DNA from: Klebsormidium nitens
Taxonomy: Eukaryota; Plantae; Klebsormidiophyceae
Assembly: GCA_000708835.1 (NCBI GenBank)
Contig: DF237477.1
Span: 1-63,776, forward strand
Length of the DNA: 63,776 nt
Direction: 5' to 3'
Position 1 is the first letter of the stretch, and every line of letters begins with the position of its first letter. A model generated the notes under the pieces. It had not been told where the DNA came from. It did no database searches and saw nothing but the letters and a program-made list of their open reading frames with translations. This document shows positions 1 through 11,000 of this stretch, in pieces. The position numbers were made by a program, and so were the translations under genes.

Positions 1-514
1 AACGTTTCACGTTTTCTCTCAGCTCTGCTTCTTTGTTCCCCGCTTCCACTTCCCTCCTTGGCAGCAGGTGCTCCCTTTCCTGAAACTCGCCAACTTCTCC
101 TGGCAAGCCCTGAGTGGATGGCAGTGGTTCAAAGTTTTCTGGAAGCTGACCAGAGTCCAGCTGCTCTGTGGTGCAACCAGCGGCGCTAGCTCCAGCGTCT
201 GACAAACCAGCAGCTGCCTCTTCAATGTCATAAGAAAACCTTCTTTCCAGCGAGGGCGTAGGTAAAATCGTCATGTCCACTGCGCCAGCCACAGCCGTCC
301 CCACCAGGGTCCCAACAGCCATCTCTGGCGTGCGACCAAGACCAGCCTGCAGCTCATACTGCTGCTTGGCATCTGCCCCTGCATTTGGCCCCTCGTGCCA
401 TCCGTCATCATGGTCGCAAACCCTGCAGGTTTCTGCGTCCTCCTTAGAAGGTTTGAACCTCTGGCAGCCACAGAGATGGCTGCCATCTCTGGCGCGGAAG
501 CACTTGCCATACAT
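1..514 (-). CDS. 5' part of an uncharacterised protein with an N-terminal Cys/His (putative Zn-binding) motif; reading frame stays open to the left edge of the window
   Basis: Minus-strand ATG at 514 with an in-frame stop about 10 codons upstream. Manual translation gives MYGKCFRARDGSHLCGCQRFKPSKEDAETCRVCDHDDGWHEGPNAGADAKQQYELQ...EAELRENVKR with no stop before position 1. It is missing from the ORF track because it has no stop in the window. Motif: C-x9-C-x-C-x2-F-x9-C-x2-C-x-H-x4-H. Confidence 0.6.
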   Translation of the reverse strand, partial: MYGKCFRARDGSHLCGCQRFKPSKEDAETCRVCDHDDGWHEGPNAGADAKQQYELQAGLGRTPEMAVGTLVGTAVAGAVDMTILPTPSLERRFSYDIEEAAAGLSDAGASAAGCTTEQLDSGQLPENFEPLPSTQGLPGEVGEFQEREHLLPRREVEAGNKEAELRENVKR

Positions 515-889
515 TTTCAGAGCAGGTGTCACAACAGGCCTGGAGTGCCTTCTCCTTTGCTACCAGTGGTTGTACGTGCAGCTCTTTTGATGTCAGGATG
601 CTGTTTTGACAAAAGTGTGCTGCATCTTTCACTGTTTCAGCTGCATCTCACTGATTCTCAGCTGAAGACTGCAGTGCCGATCAGAGAGAGCAATGCCGAG
701 ATCCTGCATGGCATCGACTTTTTTGCCGCCAGTGAATGCACCAATCAAATGCAGGCCTGAAGCTGTCACATGGACCGCATGGCAAAGATACCACCCCATG
801 ATTATCCGGCCATGACTCGAAGGCCGAGTCGAGGTCTTGCAAAATTGCATCGTGGCGGGAGGTGCTCACTAGCTGGTAGTCGTAACTTA

Positions 890-1278
890 GGGTGTCGTTC
901 CACGAGCGGTGGAAGTAAAAATATAAATTCCCTGATTGGCTCAGATTGTTTCTGCCGTCGGTCAACGGGCGGACTTCCGGGCAAATAAATGCCACGTCGG
1001 CGGCACAACTTGTATTAGAACTCGACCCGAGTATTTGTAGGGTCGAACAAAAATATTTTTCTGTGCCGGGACGTGGCACCCAATCAGCGAATGAGACGAC
1101 GCCATGTCGGATTCTGCAGTAAGTGCGCATTTTTTTTATGCAACTTCCACCGGCGAGCTATTCCACGAACGGCCGGAAATTGGTAATATATTGAACTTCC
1201 AGGCAAATTCCGGCCTCTTCAGAGCCACATCTTTTATTTATTTTCCTGACTTCCACCACCGCTCGTGGAACGACACCC
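890..1278. mobile_element. PIF/Harbinger-type (Tourist-like) MITE, 389 bp
   Basis: Perfect 23-bp TIR GGGTGTCGTTCCACGAGCGGTGG (890-912, and its reverse complement ending at 1278), extending with GAAGT after a 3-bp indel. Flanked by TTA on both sides (887-889, 1279-1281). No coding capacity. A TTA/TAA TSD with G-rich TIR start is the established PIF/Harbinger signature. Confidence 0.85.
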
Positions 1279-1367
1279 TTATTTGTGCGCAGTATTTAGC
1301 TTTTTAGGACGCTTGCAAGAGCAGGCACAGGAGAGCATGCACTGTGAGTCACCCTGTTAATCACAGA

Positions 1368-2092
1368 ATGGAGATATGCGTAAAAACGCTGACGGGGAGA
1401 TCTGCGAGGGTGGTGGCAAGAGATGGGGACACAGTGAAGGTGGTCAAGTCCAAAGCGGAAGCTGCGATTGGCACAGCTTTGGGCATGCAGCACCGACTCT
1501 ATCACAGGGTATGCATGCCAAAACTCTTTTATGCTTTATGAGAATCTCTTAAAGACTTCTTCTGAGAGGTGGGTGGATGTTAAAAAACCGCAAAGAGCGG
1601 CTCGAGTGGCTGGTGAACAAAAGTGTGTGGGAAAGAATGCTGTGCTTAGAAGGTCGACTGCCTGACGCCAGGCATATAGTTCTTGCTCTTCTTAAGCTTG
1701 GCAGCGAGCACTTCTGATGTGGCACCCAAGAAAACGTATGACTGCACAATCTATGCGTCTTTTTCATGGCCAACGTGTGACCTTAAACAAACCGTTGATC
1801 TTTTCTTGCTTGGAAGTCTTTTCTTCATATACCACCACTTCATCAGAGTTCCTTCATTGTTTTTCCCCTGGCATTCAGTTGGATCCCTCTTACTCGCTCT
1901 CAGAGTTAGTCATCAAACCAAAAGACTCTGTGTACGGTTCAGTCGCAAACAGGTCTGAAACCCTCGCTTCTGCTGCTTTTTTCCAAGAACCGATTCAAAG
2001 AAGTTTGTCTCATGCAGGGTGCTGCTGTGAAGGACAGCCTCCCCATCTCCTCGTTAAACCTTGCTAACGGAGAGTTCCTGACCCTGATAGGC
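1368..2092 (+). other. Ubiquitin-like domain of HRQ1, split by intron 1 (1509-2017)
   Basis: The spliced read is MEICVKTLTGRSARVVARDGDTVKVVKSKAEAAIGTALGMQHRLYHR|GAAVKDSLPISSLNLANGEFLTLIG. It matches the ubiquitin-fold pattern (MxIxVKTLTG... L.Y.G..L.D...LS...I..G..L.L). Phase-0 GT (1509) and AG (2016-2017) join the two halves. Confidence 0.8.
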
Positions 2093-5000
2093 CTTGTGTC
2101 TCGCAAGAATCTCATCAACGTTGCTCAGCCCGCACACACAACAGTCCCAGGCTCCAGTGGCCTGACTGGCCCTGAGGAGACGTCTCATTCAGAACCAGCT
2201 CTCGGCACAGCTTCTCAAAGAGGGGCTCCTTTTGGGCCTCTGCAAACAGGAGTGTCAAAACCACCGGTTATTCAGCAAAGCGCGACTCCCAGCATTCCCT
2301 CCGCTCCTGCTGGCCAATCAGCTGGCGCCCCTCCTGGCAGTGCGGCAAACGCAGAACCTCAGCCGTCGGGTTTCCGGTCAGTGGACGTTGAAGTCATTGA
2401 GGCTTCCCCTGATGTAGATGTTGTCAGAGGAGGGCAGACAGTTGGTCCTCTCAGGAGCACTGTTGAGCCGCCTCACAAAGGCGCAACAGATATTCAAGGG
2501 GGACATATAGGAGGGATTCTGAATAGGAGGTCTGAAGAAGCAACGCCAGGCTCAGCGTCCCAAATAATCGAGCTAGAAGAAGGGGAGCGGAACCGCTTTG
2601 CAGAAGGGGGCAAGAACATGCATCCGGGCATACCGATAAATGTTGCTATCCTTTCTGAGCAACAGCCTGGCACTTCAAGGGCACAAGGGGGTGGTACTGA
2701 GCTGGGAGATAAGCCCCCTGCTGAGCTGAGGGCCGTGCAAATAGAGGGCAGCCAGGCAGGGGCTACAAGACAGCCTGCTAGGAAGAAGCTGGTCGATAGC
2801 ATCAATGCACTGAGTCAAAAGAAACTTCCCGAAGGGGCCAGGAAAAAGCTGGACGAAGGGGCGCTTGATTGGGCGGAGACCGGGGTTTCTGAGCCCTCCG
2901 ATGGTGAAGGTACGGCCAGGATTATGCGGCAGGGAGCCGACGGTGGAGGAACGGATTGTTGGCAAGAGCCTGGCGAAGAGGAAACCGAAGGAGTGCAGTC
3001 GATGTATGGAAGGGAGCAGGCGCGAGTCAGGGCGAAGAGGGACGGGAGGCGAGGACCGGGGGAGATGCCCGGGTCAATTGTGGGGGGGTTGCTGGAAGCG
3101 GCTGCCGCGATACAGTCTGGAAAACGGGGGAGTTCTGAGGGGCCAGAGAGGGGGGTGGGACTGGAGGGGTCACCGCGGGGGAGGCGAAGGAGAGGAGTTG
3201 GTAGAGATGGTCGGAAGAGGGGGGTGTCTAGGGACGGTGAGGGTGGCGAACACGTGGGGGGCCAGTTGAGGAGGAGACGGGTGGAGGAGTGGTCTGATGA
3301 CGATGATGACGTGGCAGAGGTGACGGAGGAAGGCGAGAGTGTCGAAAAGGAGGGGGAGGAAAATGCTGCGGGCCGAGGGGGTAGGAGGAGATCCACACAG
3401 CCATCAGATAGACGTGGTCACGACGGAGAAATTGATGCTGAGGAGGGTGACAAATCAGAGCGCGACGGGGGTGGAGAACGGGAGTCGCCAGGTGCGGAGG
3501 ATGGGAATGGAGGTAGCCCGGTTGAGAAACGGGGTAGGCGTGCGGTGGGGAGGCGTGAAAGGGATGCGGTTGGAGAGACGGAGTCTGGAAACAGGAGAAA
3601 GCGGCTGAGAAAAGTGGGGCGGAAGAGCGTGCCTGATCGGCAAGCCAATGGAGAGGTTTCGGGAGCGGCAACTGCAGATGGTCAGAGCGAAGAAGGAGGC
3701 ACACAGGAAAAGCCCAGTGAAGGACTGCGGGGTGCGGAAGACAAGCCTGGGGATGCGAACGAGGGGTTGGATCCTGCATTGAAGGAGCCGTCGAGGGCCA
3801 GAAAGCGGCGGAAGCTGGGGGTCAGTTTCCAGGACGGGAGCGTGGTCCTCGACATCCGGACCAACTCTGGCGATGCCGCCCTTGCTGACGTCAGCATCGG
3901 GGACGAAGAGGTCAGCGCCCGGCCTGACGACGAGAACGGTGACGGCAGCACGCGGCGGCGGCCCCCGCGAAAGCGGAAAGGCCCCGTCGTGGACCTGTCT
4001 GACGAGGACCAGGGCGAGGGGCAGGCTGCAGAGAAGCCGCGAGCGGCAAAACGGGGCCCTTCAACTTCGGGGGGAAAGAAGGCTCAGGCGTTCGACCATC
4101 TGGCGCTCCCCCCCGAACTGGCGCGAGTTGAGCGCGTGTTCAACGCGCTTAACGTGGTGTACAGCTTCCTGCAGCGGCAGCACGTGCAGTCCACGTGGCA
4201 GAACGTGAGGCGCGCGATGCGTCAGACTCTGAAGGACGAGGGCGCTATGTTGACGTCAGCGGACGTGGAGAGTCTGCAGGCGCTGTGCCCGCAGGTCGTG
4301 CTGCTGCGGAACTTCGTCGGGTTCAGGCCCCAGCGGGGCTTGACACCAGGGGAGACTAGCACGGCTGGAGCTGGCACTGAGACGGGGGTTGGTGTCAATC
4401 GTGGCGGGATGGAAGAATCTCACCGAGATAAGCCGGAAGAGGAGAACGTTGTGAAGTTGGAAACGGATGAGGATGACATGGACGAGATGTGGGTTGCTGG
4501 TGCGACAAGCGAAGCAGGAAAAGCGGAGGATCCGGATGGGGACTACTCGTTCACAATTGATATTGTGGACCCCTTGCGAGGGCCGGGAAGCTTGCAGCGG
4601 GTTCCGGTCATCTCGCCGGACGATGGTATGTCGTCAACTTCTTTATCTCGCGTAACTTTTTATCTCAGCGTCTTGCATCTAGTCTGCTAGTTCCCGAAAC
4701 GTCGGTATTTCAAAGCTCTCTGGTTTACAAAGTTGAGTCCCACGAGTTGTGTCTTCTGGGGTCGCTCGAGGACTTTAGTCAGAAGACGCTAAACCTCTCA
4801 AGCTTCCTGGTCGAGCCCTGCTCCCTGAGTTAGTTTTAGGACTTCAGTTCCTCTCTCTACCAGCTGCACCTAAACAATTGCTGTAGGTTCACTTTTCCAT
4901 AAAAGTTCCTAAATCCGACAGCGGCCCGCCCTGTCGCCATCACCTTTGAACAAGAAGCGTTCCCAAGCGCCAGAATACTGGATGGAGAGTCTGTGCAGTT

Positions 5001-8000
5001 AGGCGCCGCTTAGGACTCTGCTTCGGTCGCAAGCCCCGACTTTTACCTGGAATTAGTAGGCCCCAGGCCCCCTCCACGAGTGAAACCTGGTAGACCCTTT
5101 CCTCGACTCCTACAGCTTTTGGCAGTCTCAAAGATTGTTTTCTTTCTCCATAACAGGCACCGACTTTGTTTCGGGCGGCTTCAAGCCAGTCCCCCAGCTG
5201 CGAAAGCAGTCGGACAAGGAGGTCACCAACTTGATAGAGCGCCGCCGCCGCGCGTTCAAATCCCGCATCGTCGAGTTAGTCGGCCGGTTACACCAAACCT
5301 GGGCCGCTGACCAGCCTGACGCTTCCGATGAGGAAGATTCGCCCGCCGGCTTCGACCCCTGGAAAAAGGGCACGTGGCACCCGGACTTCCCGCTCGCTGA
5401 CGTGGCCCTGCCGGAGCTGCTCGAGGCGGCAAAGCAGGTAGACGCTGACGTCAGCAAGGCTCCCTCTGACGCCCGCAAGCGGCGGGGCTTAGGGTTCCGG
5501 CGTGGTTACGTCCCAATCATTTCGAATCTGGAGCAGACGGAACGCGGTGATCCTGACGTGGCCGTTTTGTTGGAGGACCTTAGCCGGGTGTACGGAATCA
5601 ATCTAGGGGGCCGCACCGCGGGCTCGCCTGACCCCCCCGGTCCGGACTCACCGCCTGAGGGGGGTGAAAGTGGCGGGGAGGAGATCCCCAAGGACATTCC
5701 GCGCCCGCCGAAGCAGCTGAAGAAAGTGCCCCGGTGCGAGAGCACGCAGAACTTCGATTCGGTGGAGATGTTGGAGCATCTGAAGGGGGGGCTCGGGAGT
5801 CTGGGACAGGTGGTTCACACCGAAATGATCACGGTCAGGCAGCCGCAGTTCCTGGCGCCTTCGGTGCAGTTCTCGGAGGGGGTGCGGAAGGTGCTGGAGA
5901 CGAAAGGGCTCATAGCGGGCCAGCTGTTTACGCATCAGGTATGGTTGTTCCAATAGAATGAGCCTTTTCGCGCTTGTACTGGCTGAATGGAAGACTGCTT
6001 GCCTGGAAAAGACGTTCAACCCAACTTCTCCGCCCTTGCACTAGCTGTTGGCGGACTGCTTGCCTTGGAACAATCAACCAACCTCTTCGAGCTTGAACTG
6101 TTGATAGAACGTATCTTGTTGACAAAGGGATTGAACCGAGTTGTCTGGTTACACTAGTATGAATGTCGGGTTCACATTCTACACTTGCAAGACAGAGTGG
6201 TAACACGCCGTACCCATTTGTACAGCAGGCATCTCTTCTGTCGTCTCTGACGTCACTTTCCCCATCCCTGGTCTCGATTCTGACGTTACTGTCTCCATAA
6301 TCAGGCCAGGGCAATCAACGCTGCAATCAACGGGCGCCACGTCGTCGTCGCCACATCGACCGCGAGCGGCAAGTCGCTCTGCTACAACCTACCGGTTCTC
6401 GAAGCGGTTCTGGCGGGCCACCAAGCTTCCGCCGGCGTTGAGAATCAATACCCCGAGTTTGAGACTCAGGCTTCCGGCCCCGCCTGCGCGCTGTACTTGT
6501 TCCCGACGAAGGCGCTCGCGCAGGATCAGATGCGCGCGCTGGGGGAGCTCACGGCGACACTTGAGATGCGGCCTAGAGTGAGTGTTTGGACTGGCTTGTC
6601 ATATCCTGCTTGCGGAGAGGTTGCAATTGAGAGCAGCTAGATACTGCATTTTCGGTCAAACCTGGCCGCCTGACCCGAGTCCGACCTGTTCTGAGCGCAG
6701 AATTTTGCCTGATGCGCTGAACTTGGGCCGTTGGATAGATGGCCTCTAGGTCACCGAAAAGCCCAGGTTCTGCGCTTCTGGCAAAGTTCTGCGATCGGTT
6801 CGGTTCGGCAGGTTTGACCGAAGCTGCAGTATGGACAGAAGGTCGTTTCCTGCGGCCGTTGATACTTGGAACGTGCATGTCTCCAGAAGAACGTCCACTT
6901 ACGTTGTTAAAGTTAGGCGTACCTTGCATGCCATTGCCTGCCGAAGCCCGACCGATTGTGAAGGTGCCATTTGTGTTCTTTTCTGAGCCCACTGCCAACT
7001 GCCTCAGAACTATTTGAAGGTTTGACTGAAAGGAGACGCTAGAAAGTCCAACCCGCCGCTCCTGCAGGACAAAAAAGTGTTGACTTTGCGCCAATAAAAG
7101 CTTACGGTCGGTCTCGTTTTGCGTGATTGGAAAGAACATGAGACGATTCTGTCACTATACGCAGCATGTCAAGTTGTGTCTTTTTTTCCGCCAGGTGTGC
7201 GTATATGATGGCGACACCCCGTTCGGCGAGCGTCCGGAGATGCGCGAGAACGCGGACGTCCTGATCACCAACCCGGACATGCTCCACGTGGCCATGCTGC
7301 CAGCGCACAAGCAGTTCCGGCGGATACTCACGAACCTCAGGTGAGGACACGTGGCCTCCAGGCGTCGTCTCTGGTTTTGACGGAAAACAACACTTTCAAT
7401 GGAGAGGCATTGAACGCGGTTCCGGGCCATCTCGAAACCACGATAGCCTGCATGCTCTTTTGCACCTTGCAACTTTGAGCTTTGTCAAGTCGAGCCCGTC
7501 TGCGTGGCCCTGTTGAAAGTAATGTTTTTGTGTGCTTTTCGTAGGGGTGAGATCGTGATGCTTTCTGACTGCACGAGGTGCTTGTACTGATTCACAAAGA
7601 CTCACCTTTGTAGAAAGCCGACGTTCTCTAGAGGGCAGAAGTTTCTGTTGAAGGACGGCAACCTCGTAACAAAGAAGAATCGAAGCGATCCAAATGTTTG
7701 AGGCATCTTTCAAGTGCGCATAACGTATGGTCAGTCCCACAGACACGTACTGGTAGACGAGGCGCCCACTTATGGTGGCGTCACACGTCGCCTGTCACCC
7801 GTTCCTCCTCTTGCTACTCGTGTTCCCGGGCCGAGAGCTTCAGATGCTGATAAGCGATGGATGCTCCTGCAGATACGTCGTGGTCGACGAAGCGCACGCT
7901 TATGGGCGTCTTCGGCTGTCATACGGCGCACACCTTGCGGCGCCTCCTTTTTTCGATTCTGTGATAAGAGCATAACCTGCTGATACGATATGGTTGCCTC

Positions 8001-11000
8001 TGCAGATACGTAGTGGTCGACGAGGCGCACGCTTATGGGGGCGTCTTCGGCTGTCATACGGCGCTCATCTTGCGACGCCTTTATCTGCTTATTCTTGCAA
8101 AAAGAGCTCATCCCGCTTATAAGCTATGGTTGCTGCTGCAGATACGTGGTGGTGGACGAGGCGCACGCTTATGGGGGCGTCTTCGGTTGTCACACGGCGC
8201 TCATCTTGCGGCGCCTCCGCCGGGTGTGCGCCCAGGTGTATGGTTCCCACCCCACCTTCGTCGTCTGCAGTGCCACCGTGGCGAATCCCAAGGAGCACGC
8301 GCAGGCAAGTGGTCGCCGGAAGACTGGATAATAGTTGCACTTGTCTCTGTCTAACCGGGCTCCGGGAAAGGTTTGAGATTGATTACATGGTCTGTTATTT
8401 ACATTGGCAGCTCTTGGAAAAGAAGTATTCGTGTTTGGGACGCTTGGTGATGCATAGAAGCCTCTTCCGCCCTCCTCGTTTGACCAACTTCATTTTTTGT
8501 GAAACCGAATATCTACCTGCCACGCACCCCCCGGACACTTTGGTCCAGGTTGTGGTACTCTGAGATGGTGACAAAGCAGAAGTGACTTTGGTTGTCAAGA
8601 ATATTCCTTCTGAGAAGGCTTCAAAGTCCTTCTCAAAACGACCCCCGGAAAGTAACTCCCGACTGTCTCTTACAGGAGCTGATAGGCATCAACGACTTGC
8701 AGGTGGTCACCGAAGGTGGTAGGTATGCCCCTAAGGCTTCCTCCGGGGGGGCTCAAACTTCTGCAGAATCTGACCCCCTAAAACAAACTTCCGCAGGAGC
8801 TGATCGGCATCGACGACTGGGAGGTGGTGACCGAGGACGGCAGCCCCCGGGGGGAGAAGATGTTCGTCATGTGGAACCCCCCGCTGACGTCATCCCCCGC
8901 GGGCAAGGGCAAGGGCAAGATCAAGGAGTACGTCGCGCTCGTAAGGCAGGGCCGGGTGATGCCCGTCGCGGAGCAGTCGTATGCGGAGCGGATGAAGAAG
9001 AAGTGAGCGCGGTTGGCGAATCTGGAGCTTTGGCGTGTTGCATGATGGGATTCTCTGACGTTGAAACCGCATAGCTTGCCTGAATGGTGAGCGAAAGAAC
9101 AATCAAGTTGCTTACAGGATTCAGCGGTAGTCGGAGGGCAAGAAATTTGAACGCACGCCGTGCTGAGTCTGTCAGGTTGTTCGTTTCGGAAAAGCTTTCT
9201 TGGCATGATGCTTCATGGTAATTGATTCTACGCTGAGGACACTGTTTGACGTAACTTGAATTGAGTCGTGTCATTGCTCTCCTCCACATCATTCATTGCA
9301 AGGAAATGTTCAACTTGCCTCCGAGCCTAATCCTGTTAGCAAGCCCACCCTTTCGTCGTTGGTAAGGTCCTCAGGAAACATTGTTCACTCCTCCTTATTC
9401 AGCACCATATAAATCTGTCAACTCTATGCAGGGCCATCGAGGAAGGCACCAACGAGAACGAGTTCCGCCGCTCGAGCCCGATCGTGGAGGTCGCCCTTTT
9501 GCTGGCGGAGTTCATCCAACACGGACTGCGCTGCCTCGCGTTCTGCAAGACGCGCAAGCTGTGCGAGCTCGTGCTGACGTATACCCGGGAGACGCTCAAA
9601 GTGACGGCGCCGCACCTTATACATACCCTCAAGTCGTATCGGGCGGGCTATACGCCGGCGGACCGGCGGCAGATCGAGGCGGACCTGTTTGCGGGGAGGC
9701 TGAGGGGGGTGAGTGGATAAATATCCGGCTTGTTTGAGGAACCAACTGGGAAGATGGATGATTAGCCATTGACAACGTCATAGACTGAGCAAAAGGTCAC
9801 AGGACTGGGTGAAACTCTGTGTTCGCAAGTTTGCGCTACCAGCGCCCTCCACTTTGGCACCTGAACGGCAGGGACGCTTTCAGACATCCTCCTTCTTTGT
9901 GCGCTTCTGACCTTGTCATAAATGCTGTCTCGTTCCTTCTGGACCTGCCTGTCCTTTGCGCCACCAACGCCGTCACTTAGGCGGCGACGTGGGCAATCCG
10001 GCGCTTTTGAACATCTTGTCCTCTTTCGGACTCTCTCATTCCCTTTCGGACCCTTCTGTCCGCAGGTTTGCGCCACCAACGCTCTCGATCTGGGCTTCGC
10101 CGTGAGCAGTTTGTACGCTCGGACATCTGCCCTCTTTCGGACGCTATTACCCTTGTCCTTAACGTTAACTTAGCCTTGTTATACCCCTTTTGTCCGCAGG
10201 TTTGCGCCACCAACGCCCTCGAGTTAGGCGTCGACGTGGGCAGTTTCGACGCTCGGACACCTGTCCTGTTTCGGACAATATCACCCTTGTCATGAACGCT
10301 AACCTAACCTTTTCAATCCCTTTTCTCCGCAGGTTTGCGAACACGAGAAGCATCCAAGAGGAAGATCTTGCAAGACACCTCCAGGCCGGGATATAGCTTG
10401 CGTGCATTCTAGCGCCATGATATTCCCCTTTCGGACACTCATTCATATTCTTTGTCGAAGTTATTGTCCGCAGGTCTGCGCCACTAACGCCCTCGAGTTG
10501 GGCGTTGACGTGGGCAGTTTGGACGCGACCCTCCACCTTGGTTACCCGGGCAGTCAGGCCAGCCTGTGGCAGCAGTCGGGGCGGGCCGGGAGACGAATTT
10601 CTGACCGGGGCTCGCTGAGCGTCTACGTGGCCTTCGGAGGGCCGTTGGATCAGTACTTTATGCGCGACCCGCAGCGGCTCTTTGGGCGGCCCATTGAAAA
10701 CGCGCAGGTACGAAGCGGTTGAGTCCATCCTTTTGGTACAATAAGTGTTGTGTTTTAAAAGCCCACGAGCTGCGGATGGAAAGCTTGAGTGAGTAGTCAT
10801 TCATAACTCTCAAACATCACTTGTTGGCTTGGACTGCTTGCCCTCAGTCCCAACTTGATAGGCTTGGTTGTCCACAATTTTGCTTAAATCCGAGAAAAGA
10901 CAATGCCAAGTCCTGCAAGCTTGTCCTTTAAATTAACGATGTCCCTCCAATTTGAGGGTTATTCCCGCTCATCAGCAATTGCCCGGCGAAGCTCAAGTCG

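Noticed and set aside
1344-1541. Stand-alone ubiquitin/NEDD8-like gene
   Set aside because: There is no C-terminal GG, and the phase-0 splice to 2018 completes the fold in frame with HRQ1.
2494-3951. Several long minus-strand Ser/Pro-rich ORFs (e.g. 2815-3396, 3228-3779)
   Set aside because: They are antisense shadows of the GC-rich, low-complexity HRQ1 exon 2.
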